A stretch of DNA of 26,616 nucleotides from Planctomycetota bacterium (GCA_038227875.1 JBBRPR010000090.1:1-26616), one strand, 5' to 3'. Counted from the stretch's first letter, positions 15,866-26,042 are shown. Program-made: numbers and translations. Notes: a model not told the origin generated them from the sequence alone.

Positions 15866-17295
15866 AGATCACTCCACTGGTGTGTCTGCTGACGTTGGCG
15901 GCCTGCTTCGCGGTCCGGGCTGAAGAGAAGCCCGCCGAAGCCGGCAAGGACGCGAAGGACCACGGCGCGAAGGAACACAACGAGAAAGGCGCCGTCCACC
16001 TTTCGCCAGAGGCCGTGAAGCTGGCCGATCTGGAATTGCAGCCGGCCTCGGCGGGAACCATCTACACCATGCTCGAAGCCCCCGGCGAAATTGCGCTGAA
16101 CGGCGACCGCGTCGCGCATTTGAGCCCCAAGGCCCCGGGCACGGTCTTGAAGGTGCTGAAAGTAGCCGGAGACAAGATCGGCGAAGGCGATGTTCTCGCG
16201 CAGATCGAGAGCGCGGAGCTGGGCAACGCGAAGATCGAGTACTTCACCGCGACGCTGAACCTGAACATGGCGCGCGCCGAGCTGGAACGCGAAACGCTCA
16301 TCCACGGCAACACGCAACAGCTCCTCGATGCGCTCAAGGAAGACCTGGAGCCGGAGGATTTGGAGAAGCGGGTCGGCGGACTGGAACTGGGCGAGATCAA
16401 GAGCAAGGCGCTGGCCGGGCATTCGGCGTTGCGGCTGGCCCATGTCTCGTGGACTCGCGCGCAGAAATTGAAGGACGATCAGATCATCTCCGCTGCGGCG
16501 CTGGAGGCGTCGGCTAAAGAACTGCAGAACGCCAAAGCCGAGTACCTGGGCGTGCGCGAAGAATTGAAACTGAACTACAAGGGCCGTCTGTTGCAGAGTC
16601 AGCGGGCGCTGAGCATCGCCGAGACGGCGGCGCAGAATGCGCGGCGCCGGTTGCATATTCTCGGGCTTTCCAACGAACAGATCGCCGCGTTGCAGAGCGA
16701 GAAGGAAGAGAATGTTGCGCTGTTGGATCTGCGCGCGCCCTTCGCGGGAACGGTGTTGGAGAAGAACATCGCGCTCGGCGAGCGCGCCGAAGAGAGCAAG
16801 GACGCGTTTCTCATCGCCGATCTGTCGACGGTCTGGCTGAACGTGCGCATCAACGCCAACGACTTGAGTTCCGTCCATGCCGGACAGGCAGTGCAGGTTT
16901 CGATTCCCGGTATCGCGGGCGAACGCGCTGCGAAAGTCGCGCTGCTGAGTCCGCTGGTCGATGAGAAGACGCGCACGGCTTCGGCGCGGATCGTGCTTGA
17001 GAACAAGGATGGCGCGCTCCTTCCAGGCGCGTTCGTGACCGCGTCGCTGGTGCTCAACGAACTGAAAGCGGCGGTGACGGTTCCGTCGGCGGCGATTCAG
17101 AACATCGAAGGCAAATCGGTCGTGTTTATCGAAGGCGACGAAGCGGGGGAATTCCGTTCCCAGGAAATTCTGGTCGGCGCCGCGGACGGCAAGCTGGTTG
17201 AAGTGAAGGCGGGCCTTGAGGCCGGGAAGAAAGTGGTCGTTCGGAACAGTTTCACGTTGAAGGCCGAACTGGGGAAGGGCGCCGGCGAAGATTAG
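15862..17295 (+). CDS. czcB: RND efflux periplasmic adaptor (CzcB-like)
   Basis: Signal peptide and His-containing N-terminal tail, lipoyl halves (GTVLKVLKVAGDKIGEGDVL; LRAPFAGTV), IADLSTVW, VDEKTRT, VPSAAIQ. Confidence 0.9.
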   Translation: MKITPLVCLLTLAACFAVRAEEKPAEAGKDAKDHGAKEHNEKGAVHLSPEAVKLADLELQPASAGTIYTMLEAPGEIALNGDRVAHLSPKAPGTVLKVLKVAGDKIGEGDVLAQIESAELGNAKIEYFTATLNLNMARAELERETLIHGNTQQLLDALKEDLEPEDLEKRVGGLELGEIKSKALAGHSALRLAHVSWTRAQKLKDDQIISAAALEASAKELQNAKAEYLGVREELKLNYKGRLLQSQRALSIAETAAQNARRRLHILGLSNEQIAALQSEKEENVALLDLRAPFAGTVLEKNIALGERAEESKDAFLIADLSTVWLNVRINANDLSSVHAGQAVQVSIPGIAGERAAKVALLSPLVDEKTRTASARIVLENKDGALLPGAFVTASLVLNELKAAVTVPSAAIQNIEGKSVVFIEGDEAGEFRSQEILVGAADGKLVEVKAGLEAGKKVVVRNSFTLKAELGKGAGED

Positions 17296-17343
17296 CGCGC
17301 ACTGCTTTTCCAATAGTTCCTCGAGCTGAACCGGAGACCTTCG

Positions 17344-20300
17344 ATGTTGCCAGCAATTCTCAAATTCGCCGTTACGCAGCGCCTGTTGGTGGTCATGGCC
17401 GGGCTCGGGCTTGCCGCGCTGGGGCTTTGGAACTTCTCGCGCCTGCCCATCGACGCGGTCCCCGACATCACCAACAACCAGGTCCAGATCAACACCGTGG
17501 TGACGGCGCTCTCGCCGACGGAGATTGAAAAGCAGATCACTTTTCCCATCGAATCGTCGATGGGCGGCATTCCCGGCGTGCAGCAGGTCCGTTCGCTCTC
17601 GCGGTATGGCCTCTCGCAAGTCACGGTGGTTTTCGATGACGGCGTCGACGTTTACCTTGCGCGCCAGCTGGTCAACGAACGCCTCGTGGAAGCCAAAGAG
17701 AATCTGCCCGCCGGCGTCGGCGCGCCGATGATGGGTCCGATTTCGACCGGGCTTGGCGAAATCTATATGTGGGCCGTCGAGAGCAGCGGCCCGAAGGCCG
17801 ACGGCAAGCCCTACACGCTGACGGAATTGCGCACGATCCAGGAGTGGATGATCAAGCCGCAGCTGCGCACCGTTCCCGGGGTGACGGAAGTGAACACGAT
17901 CGGCGGGTACGAGAAGCAATTCCACGTCACGCCCGATCCCATGAAACTGATCTCGTACGGCATCGGTTTCCGCGACGTGCTGGAAGCGCTGGAAGCCAAC
18001 AACTCCAACACCGGCGGCGGCTACATCGAGAAGAACGGCGAGCAGTACACGATTCGCGCCAAGGGATTGATCCGCACCATCGAAGACATCCGCAACGTCA
18101 AGCTCGGCGTGCACGATGGCACGCCGTTTTTCGTGAAGGATGTGGCGCTTGTCGACCTGGGAAAGGAACTGCGAACCGGCGCGGCGACGCTTTCGGGCGA
18201 AGAGACCGTGATCGGCACGGCGATCATGCTGATCGGCGAGAACAGCCGCGTGGTCTCGCAGCGCGTCGGCAAGAAGATTGAGCAGATGAACAAGGTTCTT
18301 CCCGAAGGCGTGAAGATTACGACGCTCTACGATCGAACGTATCTGGTCGACGCCACGTTGCACACCGTCGAGAAGAATCTGTTCGAGGGCGCGATCCTGG
18401 TGATCGCGGTGCTCTTCCTGCTGCTGGGCAACATCCGCGCGGCGATCATCGTGGCGCTGGCGATTCCGCTCTCGATGCTCTTTGCGATCACGGGGATGGT
18501 TCAGCACAAGATCAGCGGCAACCTGATGAGCCTCGGCGCGATCGACTTCGGCATCATCGTCGACGGCGCGGTGGTGCTCGTCGAAAACGTAATGAGACGG
18601 CTCGCCGAGAAACAGCATGAGCTCGGGCGCGTGCTGACCCGGCAGGAGCGGCTGGACCTGGTGGTTTCGTCGGCAACGGAAGTGTCGCGGCCGACGGTCT
18701 TCGGCGTCGGGATCATTATGATCGTGTACCTGCCGATCCTGACGCTCAGCGGCGTGGAAGGAAAGATGTTCGTCCCGATGGCTTTGGTGGTGCTGCTGGC
18801 GCTGGCCGGCGCGCTGATCCTGACGTTCACGCTGGTGCCCGCGCTGGCGGGCATCGCGCTGGGCGGACGGATTTCGGAAAAAGAAAACTTCTTCATTCGC
18901 GGCTGCAAAGTGGCCTACCAGGGCACGCTCACTCTGTTTCTGCGCATGCGCTGGCTGGTGCTCGCCGCGGCAGCCCTGATCCTGGTCGGCACGGGACTGC
19001 TGGCGACGCGGCTGGGCAGCGAGTTCGTGCCGCAGCTGGGCGAGGGCGCGTTTGCCATCGAAGGGTCGCGCATTCCCAGCATCAGCCTGACCACGAGCGT
19101 CGAGATGGAACGCAAACTGGAGAAGAAGCTGGTCCAGGATTTCCCCGACGAAGTCTCGATGGTTTTCGCGCGCACCGGAACGGCGGAGGTGGCGACCGAT
19201 CCGATGGGGCCCGGCCAGTCGGACACGTACATCATGCTCAAACCGCAGGAGCAGTGGAAGAAGGCGCACTCCTTTCCGGAACTGGTTGATGAACTGGAGA
19301 AGAGCGTCGCCGATCTGGCCGGCGAAAGCGGGGAGTTCAGCCAGCCCATCGAGCTGCGTTTCAACGAGCTGATCGCCGGCGTCAAGGGCGACGTGGCGGT
19401 GAAAGTCTACGGCGACGATCTCGATACAATGCTGGATTACGCCAACAAGATCGCCGTCCTGCTGAAGAAGATTCCCGGCGGCGAGGACATCAAAGTGGAG
19501 CAGGTGACCGGCCTGCCGCTGCTGGACATCGACATCGACCGCGCCGCGATCGCGCGGTACGGCTTGAACGTCAACGATGTTCAGGACGTGATCTCCACGG
19601 CGCTGGGCGGCAAGTCCGCCGGCCAGGTTTTTGAAGGCGACCGGCGCTTCGAGATAGTCGTGCGCATGCCCGAACAGATCCGCGGCGATATCCGCGCCAT
19701 CGAGAATCTGCCGATCCCGCTGCCGAAATCCGACGACGGTGAGCATGAAATCCAGCTCGCCGCCGCGGTGCACGTGTCCGGCAAGCTCTCGTTTCCGGGG
19801 TACCTGCCGCTCTCTGCTGTGGCGAAGATCACCGTCGGCGAAGGGCCCAACCAGATCAGCCGCGACGACGGCAAGCGCCGCATCTTTGTGCAGTGCAATG
19901 TCCGCAACCGCGACATGGGTTCGTTCGTGGAAGAAGCGCAAAGCCGCATCGAGAAGGAAATCGGCCATCTGCCTGAGGGATACTGGATCGGGTGGGGCGG
20001 GCAGTTCGAAAATCTGCTCGCCGCCAAGCGCCGTCTGTCGGTGGTCGTGCCGATCGCGCTGGGGCTGATCTTCATTCTGCTCTTCGCGACATTCAACTCG
20101 GTCAAGCATGCGCTGCTCGTCTTCTCGGGAGTGCCGCTGGCGCTGACCGGCGGTGTGCTGGCGTTGTGGGCGCGCGGGATTCCGTTCTCGATCTCCGCGG
20201 GAGTCGGCTTCATTGCGCTATCGGGCGTCGCGGTGTTGAACGGACTGGTGATGATGACCTTCATCAACGAACTCCGCCGCGAAGGCAAGCCGCTGCGTGA

Positions 20301-20532
20301 GGCGATTATGACGGGTTGCTTGACGCGGCTGCGTCCCATCATGATGACCGCGATGGTCGCGTCGCTGGGTTTTATTCCGATGGCAATCGCAACGGGAACG
20401 GGCGCGGAAGTGCAGCGCCCGCTGGCGACGGTCGTGATCGGCGGGATCATCTCCGCCACATTACTGACGCTGGTGGTGCTGCCGGTGCTCTACCAGGTCT
20501 TCCACAAAGAAGACGAAAAGATCGGAAGCTAA
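17344..20532 (+). CDS. czcA: CusA/CzcA-family heavy-metal efflux RND permease (1062 aa)
   Basis: LPIDAVPDITNNQVQI, SGNLMSLGAIDFGIIVDGAVVLVEN (divalent-cation HME motif), RLRPIMMTA, GAEVQRPLATVVIGG. Confidence 0.95.
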   Translation: MLPAILKFAVTQRLLVVMAGLGLAALGLWNFSRLPIDAVPDITNNQVQINTVVTALSPTEIEKQITFPIESSMGGIPGVQQVRSLSRYGLSQVTVVFDDGVDVYLARQLVNERLVEAKENLPAGVGAPMMGPISTGLGEIYMWAVESSGPKADGKPYTLTELRTIQEWMIKPQLRTVPGVTEVNTIGGYEKQFHVTPDPMKLISYGIGFRDVLEALEANNSNTGGGYIEKNGEQYTIRAKGLIRTIEDIRNVKLGVHDGTPFFVKDVALVDLGKELRTGAATLSGEETVIGTAIMLIGENSRVVSQRVGKKIEQMNKVLPEGVKITTLYDRTYLVDATLHTVEKNLFEGAILVIAVLFLLLGNIRAAIIVALAIPLSMLFAITGMVQHKISGNLMSLGAIDFGIIVDGAVVLVENVMRRLAEKQHELGRVLTRQERLDLVVSSATEVSRPTVFGVGIIMIVYLPILTLSGVEGKMFVPMALVVLLALAGALILTFTLVPALAGIALGGRISEKENFFIRGCKVAYQGTLTLFLRMRWLVLAAAALILVGTGLLATRLGSEFVPQLGEGAFAIEGSRIPSISLTTSVEMERKLEKKLVQDFPDEVSMVFARTGTAEVATDPMGPGQSDTYIMLKPQEQWKKAHSFPELVDELEKSVADLAGESGEFSQPIELRFNELIAGVKGDVAVKVYGDDLDTMLDYANKIAVLLKKIPGGEDIKVEQVTGLPLLDIDIDRAAIARYGLNVNDVQDVISTALGGKSAGQVFEGDRRFEIVVRMPEQIRGDIRAIENLPIPLPKSDDGEHEIQLAAAVHVSGKLSFPGYLPLSAVAKITVGEGPNQISRDDGKRRIFVQCNVRNRDMGSFVEEAQSRIEKEIGHLPEGYWIGWGGQFENLLAAKRRLSVVVPIALGLIFILLFATFNSVKHALLVFSGVPLALTGGVLALWARGIPFSISAGVGFIALSGVAVLNGLVMMTFINELRREGKPLREAIMTGCLTRLRPIMMTAMVASLGFIPMAIATGTGAEVQRPLATVVIGGIISATLLTLVVLPVLYQVFHKEDEKIGS

Positions 20533-20583
20533 TGTACTCGCAGGCTGTCCGGCATATGGAATATTTTCCAATGCTGGCTTTTG

Positions 20584-20609
20584 ACCAGCGGGCAAATTTG
20601 CCCGCAGGT
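20584..20609. terminator. Palindromic hairpin between convergent czcA and SNF2 genes; possible bidirectional terminator
   Basis: Perfect 18-bp palindrome GCGGGCAAATTTGCCCGC (20588-20605), extendable by ACC/GGT. No clear U-tract on either strand. Confidence 0.4.
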
Positions 20610-23600
20610 TACGACAGCAACAATTCCAGATCGTCGCGCGTCAGCGTGCGGATCAGGCTGTTGTCCGCGTTGATGATCGCGTCGGCGAGGTTTTTCTTCT
20701 TCTCCTGCAGTTTGAGCACCTTCTCTTCGACCGTGTCCTGTGCGATCAGGCGGTAGGCGAAGACCTTGTTGCGCTGGCCGATGCGATGCGCTCGGTCGAT
20801 GGCCTGGGCTTCGACGGCCGGATTCCACCACGGGTCGAGCAGGAAGACGTACTCGGCGGCGGTCAGATTCAAGCCGAGTCCTCCGGCCTTCAAGCTGATC
20901 AGGAACAGCTTGCAGTCCGGGTTCTCCTGGAAATTCTTGACCGGCGTGGCGCGGTCGCGGGTCTTGCCGTCGAGATACTCGTGGACAATTTTCTCGGCGT
21001 TCAGGCGCTTGCGCACGATGCTCAGAAATGTAGTGAACTGCGAGAAGACCAGGACCTTGTGGCCTTCGTCGACGGCTTCCAGCAACCGCGGCAACAGCAT
21101 GTCGAGCTTCGCGCTGGGCTCGGCGGCCTTGGTCTTGTCGATCAGGCCGGGATGGCAGGCGGCCTGGCGCAGACGCAGTAGCGCTTCCAGCACGAGAATC
21201 TTCGACGTGGCGATGCCGTCGGCGTCGACCTTGTTGAGCAGCGATGAACGATAATGGTCGCGCAGCTCGTCGTACTGTTTGCGCTGCGCCGGTTCCAGTT
21301 CGCACATGATCGTCTGCTCGAGCTTCGGTGGCAGATCCTTGGCGACCTGATCTTTCGTGCGGCGCAGGATGAACGGACGGAGCGCTTTCGCCAGCGACTT
21401 GCGCATCGCAACGCCTTCGTCCTTGCCGGTGGTGCCTCCGAACTGCTGGAAGACTTTGGCGTTGCCGAGCATGCCCGGGTTGATGAAGTCGAAGAGCGTC
21501 CAGAGTTCGCCGATGTGATTTTCGATCGGCGTGCCGCTGAGCGCGAGGCGGTGTTCGCCGCGGAGTAACCGCACGGCCTTGGACGATTCGGTCGCGGCGT
21601 TTTTCACGGCCTGGGCTTCGTCGAGGATCACGTAGTCGAATTCGATCTCGCGCAGGAACGCGGCGTCGTTGCGCAGCGTGCCGTACGAGGTCAGGATCAC
21701 GTCGTAGTCGGCGAAGTGTGCGTGGCCTTTCGTGCGCGCCGTGCCGGTGTGGTCGAGCACACGGAGCTTCGGCGCGAAGCGAATGGCTTCCTGCTTCCAA
21801 TTGAAGATCAGCGATTTGGGGACGACGATCAGCGACTTCTTGGTGTTGCCGGGCACCGTGCGGCGCTGGTCGAGCAACGCGAGCACCTGCACGGTTTTGC
21901 CGAGGCCCATGTCGTCGGCCAGACATCCACCGAAGCCGCAGCGCTGGAGGAAGCGGAACCAGCCGAGCCCTTCGCGCTGGTAGGGCCGGAGTTCGCCTTC
22001 GAACGTTTTGGGCGCATCTTCGGGCTCGACGCTGCTGAATTCCTGCAGTTCGTTGCGGAATTTGAAGAAGGCATCGTCGCAGGTCGCTTCGGGCTGTGCG
22101 GCGAGCAGGGCGTCGAGGAGGCCGGCCTGATTCTTTTTGAATTCGATATGCCCATTCTTGGTCGTGCCCATGTTGGCGAAGAGGCCGATCTTCTGCAGCC
22201 ACTCTTCGGGCAGCATGCCGACGCTGCCGTCGCTGAGCGTAACCATTTTCTCGCCGCGACGGAGCGCGTTGAGCAGGGCGGGGAAGGTGGCCTTTGCGCC
22301 GTCGAAGTCGGCGCCGCCGCGCAGTTCGAACCAGTCGATGCCGGAGGCCACTTCGATCTGCATTTTGCCGGAGCCGCGGAAGATCTTCCCTTCGGCGTTG
22401 ATGTGCCATTTTTCGGCGAGCAGTTCGGGAACCACGCGGCTCAACTGGCGCGCGGGAAGTTCCGGGGTTTCGTCGCGCGCGGCATAGCGCGGGGCGCGGA
22501 AGCCGGCGCGCATCAGCCGTTCGCTGGCCACGCGTTCCAGGACTTCATTGCGCGGAAGGATGCGGCGTTTTTCTTTCTCGAAAATGCGCACGGACGGATC
22601 GGAGGCCGGGACGATCTGGCCGGCGTAGTCGAAGTAGAGCTCGCCGGTCAGGATCTCCGGAAAGTGCGCCTTCGGGCGGATGGTCAGGCGCGGCCGCGGT
22701 TCGACGAGGACGTGCTCAACGCGGAGTTCTTCCGGCAGGTCGAACGGCGGGAGCTTACCGGAAGCCAGCAGCGTCTCTAAGAATTCTTCGCCGTGCTTCT
22801 TGGGGATCGGCGCCTGCTTTTCTTCGAGCAGGAAGGTCATCCACGGAAACGCGCCGCCGTGATCCAGCCGCGCGACGCAATCTTTGAAGAAGATGATGCC
22901 GCCGTTGAGCGGCAGGACGCACTGCGAGATGGAGATGACTTCCTCGCCGCGCTGGAGCAGACCGCTGAGCACGTAGGTCTGGTCAGCTTCGTAACTGTTG
23001 ACGCGCATGCGGAAGACCCAGGGCGGGCCGTCGTCCCAAGTCAGCGCCCGCGGTTCCTCGTCGGAATTGTTGTCGCGCAGCACGCAGCGGCCGGTGGCGC
23101 AGAGCTTGGGCAGAATGGTGTCGAGCGCCGCGGGGTGGAGTGGCCGCGCAAACGACGAGGTCTCCGCGCCGTAGCTGAAGCCGTCGGGCACGGCCGTGGT
23201 CAGCAGCGCCATGATCTGGCGGTCGGCGGGGTCAGTGAAGCAATCGGGATCGGGCAGGCGTTCGGTGCGCAGCTTGCCTTGCGTGCCGTCGGCCTTCGAT
23301 TCACGGAAGCAGATGGAGACATAAAGGTCGCCATCGCGCAGCGCCTGGATGTCGAAGACGTAGTACATCGTGCGGCCGGCCGGCCAGTGGCCGCGCTGCC
23401 CGCCGGGGACGTGGCGGTTGAGGTTGAGGAGCTTGGATTTCCATTCGGGGACCTGGAGCGCGTAGCTTTTCTTGCCGGCGGCGACGGGCTTGGGGAAGTT
23501 GCCGAACGGCGTGCGCGCCACGGTCGCGCGGGGCATGTAGTTCTGATAGGCGCTGTCTTCGCGCGGGCCGTCGTCGTCGCCGATGTGGGCGTCGCCGGAG

Positions 23601-23911
23601 ATGGCGATGCGGAGTGCTTCGGCCTTGTCGACGTCGGAGAGGAAGTTGCGCTGCTCGGCTTCCATGATCGTGGCCCAGAGATGCTTGCAGGGCTGGTCCA
23701 TGGAGACGATGTAGGGGCAGGAGCAGTAGGCGCGGAGAATCTGGCCGGTGAGGCTGATTTCGACGTTGTAGCGTTCACTGCCTTTCACGCGGGCGGCGAC
23801 GCGGTTGGGCGCGCCGCTGTCGATGACCACGCGCCGCAACTTCTGATAATCATCACCCCGCTTACGAACGCCTCTGCCGAAGAACCGAGCTGTCTTGGAG
23901 ATTAAGGACAT
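20609..23911 (-). CDS. SWIM zinc-finger SNF2-family (DEAD/DEAH-box) helicase/ATPase (about 1100 aa)
   Basis: SWIM CSCPY...PCKH; LADDMGLGKT, ILDEAQ, LSGTPIEN, ILRRTK, ISLKAGGLGLNL, QAIDRAHRIGQ. Start placed at ATG 23911 (AGGA upstream) rather than 24046. Confidence 0.93.
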   Translation of the reverse strand: MSLISKTARFFGRGVRKRGDDYQKLRRVVIDSGAPNRVAARVKGSERYNVEISLTGQILRAYCSCPYIVSMDQPCKHLWATIMEAEQRNFLSDVDKAEALRIAISGDAHIGDDDGPREDSAYQNYMPRATVARTPFGNFPKPVAAGKKSYALQVPEWKSKLLNLNRHVPGGQRGHWPAGRTMYYVFDIQALRDGDLYVSICFRESKADGTQGKLRTERLPDPDCFTDPADRQIMALLTTAVPDGFSYGAETSSFARPLHPAALDTILPKLCATGRCVLRDNNSDEEPRALTWDDGPPWVFRMRVNSYEADQTYVLSGLLQRGEEVISISQCVLPLNGGIIFFKDCVARLDHGGAFPWMTFLLEEKQAPIPKKHGEEFLETLLASGKLPPFDLPEELRVEHVLVEPRPRLTIRPKAHFPEILTGELYFDYAGQIVPASDPSVRIFEKEKRRILPRNEVLERVASERLMRAGFRAPRYAARDETPELPARQLSRVVPELLAEKWHINAEGKIFRGSGKMQIEVASGIDWFELRGGADFDGAKATFPALLNALRRGEKMVTLSDGSVGMLPEEWLQKIGLFANMGTTKNGHIEFKKNQAGLLDALLAAQPEATCDDAFFKFRNELQEFSSVEPEDAPKTFEGELRPYQREGLGWFRFLQRCGFGGCLADDMGLGKTVQVLALLDQRRTVPGNTKKSLIVVPKSLIFNWKQEAIRFAPKLRVLDHTGTARTKGHAHFADYDVILTSYGTLRNDAAFLREIEFDYVILDEAQAVKNAATESSKAVRLLRGEHRLALSGTPIENHIGELWTLFDFINPGMLGNAKVFQQFGGTTGKDEGVAMRKSLAKALRPFILRRTKDQVAKDLPPKLEQTIMCELEPAQRKQYDELRDHYRSSLLNKVDADGIATSKILVLEALLRLRQAACHPGLIDKTKAAEPSAKLDMLLPRLLEAVDEGHKVLVFSQFTTFLSIVRKRLNAEKIVHEYLDGKTRDRATPVKNFQENPDCKLFLISLKAGGLGLNLTAAEYVFLLDPWWNPAVEAQAIDRAHRIGQRNKVFAYRLIAQDTVEEKVLKLQEKKKNLADAIINADNSLIRTLTRDDLELLLS

Positions 23912-24021
23912 CGAGAGCTGTTTCCTGAACGGTTGAGATCCAGCGCCGGCCGCACGAAAGACGCGGCCGTGACAGAACGCCGGACGGCTCATTGTAATCT
24001 GTCCGGGCTTCAAAGGCGGGA

Positions 24022-24056
24022 TCATTTTCCATTTTCCGATGATCATTTTGCAATTT
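24022..24056. repeat. Degenerate 7-bp tandem repeat
   Basis: TCATTTT CCATTTT CCGATGA TCATTTT GCAATTT. Confidence 0.6.
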
Positions 24057-24144
24057 CCGGCTGGGGTGGGGCGGAGGGCGAGGGTTCAGTTTTTGGCTTT
24101 CTTCGGTGTATCGCGTGCGTTTTCAGCCTCCGATTATCATAGGA

Positions 24145-24174
24145 GAATGTTACGAAATGTGACGGAATGTTACA
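24145..24174. repeat. Three 10-bp direct repeats
   Basis: GAATGTTACG AAATGTGACG GAATGTTACA. Confidence 0.7.
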
Positions 24175-24329
24175 GCGAACGGGGGTGTCGTATTATTCCA
24201 CTTTTGGGCTATTTGGCGTGGTCTCCAAGGGGGATGGTGCGGCGGTAATTTTCATCGTGCAGGCCGAATGCGCGGTGTTGGTTGGGGTTTAGGGCTGGGT
24301 GAGGGTTCCTTGGCAGGTGGTTAACGGAG

Positions 24330-24364
24330 TCATTGGTCATTAGTCATTGGTCATTTTTCATTTT
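24330..24364. repeat. 7-bp tandem repeat (STRR-like)
   Basis: TCATTGG TCATTAG TCATTGG TCATTTT TCATTTT. Confidence 0.75.
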
Positions 24365-24403
24365 ACGGCGCTTCGCCGAAGGCGGAACGTATGGGGTGTG
24401 GCA

Positions 24404-25966
24404 TTAGACCGGTTCGCTTCGCCAGATGACGGGCTTGTTGTCTTCGAGCAAGTTGAAGACCAGGCGGAAGGCGTAGCGGCCGGGGGGAAGGTTTTTGATG
24501 TCGGTAGCCATCCACCGATTGTCAAAGCTCCCCGACATTTGTTTGCGCAAGAGATCCAAGTCACTCGTATCCCGCTCTTCGTTGGCTTCCGCGAGGTATT
24601 CCTTGTTGCCCTCGTCGAGGGAAGTGGCGGAGAGGTGTGGCCGGGATTGCAGGGCGGTCCAAAAGTCCCCGGTGTACACGTCGTAGCGGAGTTCGGGAAT
24701 CCCCTGATACAGGTGACCGGTGGGAAAAACCAGAAGACCTCGTTTGGAGCTCAACGTTGCGGCATAGGCTGGCAACCCTCCTAATCTGCAATACCAGCGA
24801 GACAGTTCCAGCTTTGTGGCCGAGTCCTGTTCTGCGGTAATTGCTTTGGAAAAGTCGACCATGCTTGCGTCGGTCAACGGGACGGGCTTATCTGCCGGGC
24901 GCGGCGTGGGTTTGTCGGGATGCCATTGGTAGAACAAACGCGCGGCGGCCCGCTTCTGGCTGGTGGTCTTAGCATTGAGTAAAAGGCTGAGGGCCCGCTG
25001 TACGATTTGAAGCTGAAACTTACGTGCTGCGGCAGTGGCATCGGCTGCGCCTTGGACGTGATCCCACACGACTTCAGGCCGAGCTGCCAAATCAGCCGCC
25101 AGGAGATGCTCAGCTTCCGTCGCAGTTGGGTTGTTCAGTGTGTCGAACAGGAAATCCAGTGCTTCCCGCGAGCGGAATCCCAGGTGAAATTGAATCCGCG
25201 TGTTGTAGTCCAAGTCGAGATTTTTGGCATCGAGGAGCAGACTGAACAGCATCGCCGGCGGTGCGATGCGATTCAGGCGCAGGGCGGCCTTTTCGCCGAA
25301 CGAGCAGGCTTTCGTGACGCTTTCCATTCGCACTGGTTTCTTCAACTTCGGCGGCGTTAGAAATGGTCTAAGCGCCTCGGGATCTGTGCCAGCGAGTGCC
25401 CGCTCAAACGACTCTGCACGCTTAATTGCCAGTTCTAGTTCGTCGTGTAGTTTCGCTTCGTCGTAGCTGCCCTTTTCCTTCATTTGCAGATAGTCCGGCG
25501 AGTCCTTGATCAAATAATACGGTCCGGGATTGGAGAATTGCTGGAAGCCGTACACGACACCATCCTGTCCGATCAAGCGGGCTCCGTCGGCCCAAGGCCA
25601 ATACAAATTTAATTTTTTATCATGCATCAAAAAGAGGAGCGCTTTTTTGGACTTCAAGGGAGCGGGTTTTACGGTCTGGACGAATTCGGCGTCCATGGAT
25701 ATGCGGCGATACGCACTGAAACCCACTTTCAGCTTGTCGCCAACCGCGACCGTGCCCTTGTACACTTTCAGGACCGTGGCTTCGCCAACTTCCATGTAAT
25801 TCTCGGTCTTGTATTCGCCCTCTTCGACTTCGACCACGACTTCGGCTTCGTAATAGAGCGACGCGAGGTCGTAGTTGTACAAATCCGAGGCCCGCGTGTG
25901 GTACTGAAGCACGCAGGGCAAGAGGATCGCATGGAGGAGTATGTTAAGGGAGCGCTTACAGCTCAT
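24404..25966 (-). CDS. Hypothetical secreted protein (520 aa)
   Basis: GGAG RBS, signal-peptide-like N-terminus, N-terminal beta region (AEVVV...ATVLKVYKG), helical middle. No family recognised. Confidence 0.8.
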   Translation of the reverse strand: MSCKRSLNILLHAILLPCVLQYHTRASDLYNYDLASLYYEAEVVVEVEEGEYKTENYMEVGEATVLKVYKGTVAVGDKLKVGFSAYRRISMDAEFVQTVKPAPLKSKKALLFLMHDKKLNLYWPWADGARLIGQDGVVYGFQQFSNPGPYYLIKDSPDYLQMKEKGSYDEAKLHDELELAIKRAESFERALAGTDPEALRPFLTPPKLKKPVRMESVTKACSFGEKAALRLNRIAPPAMLFSLLLDAKNLDLDYNTRIQFHLGFRSREALDFLFDTLNNPTATEAEHLLAADLAARPEVVWDHVQGAADATAAARKFQLQIVQRALSLLLNAKTTSQKRAAARLFYQWHPDKPTPRPADKPVPLTDASMVDFSKAITAEQDSATKLELSRWYCRLGGLPAYAATLSSKRGLLVFPTGHLYQGIPELRYDVYTGDFWTALQSRPHLSATSLDEGNKEYLAEANEERDTSDLDLLRKQMSGSFDNRWMATDIKNLPPGRYAFRLVFNLLEDNKPVIWRSEPV

Positions 25967-26042
25967 TGGAATCTCCAGAAGTTGCGGCGTTGAAAAAGAT
26001 ACAGCTTAGCAAAACGGCTCTGACATTTAACGGATTGAATGG

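Noticed and set aside
15667..20109. 1480-aa minus-strand ORF (also 14207-15838 and 19581-20459)
   Set aside because: Antisense shadows of czcCBA produced by high-GC codon bias; no protein motifs.
20529..22409. 626-aa Arg-rich minus-strand ORF, and similarly 10061-11410
   Set aside because: Alternative frames overlapping well-supported genes; composition typical of off-frame GC-rich DNA.
23912..24046. Extended N-termini in the ORF track (SNF2 from 24046; also 11628 and 1345 for other genes)
   Set aside because: The extensions run through repeats or promoter DNA. Downstream ATGs have an RBS and give proper domain or signal-peptide starts.
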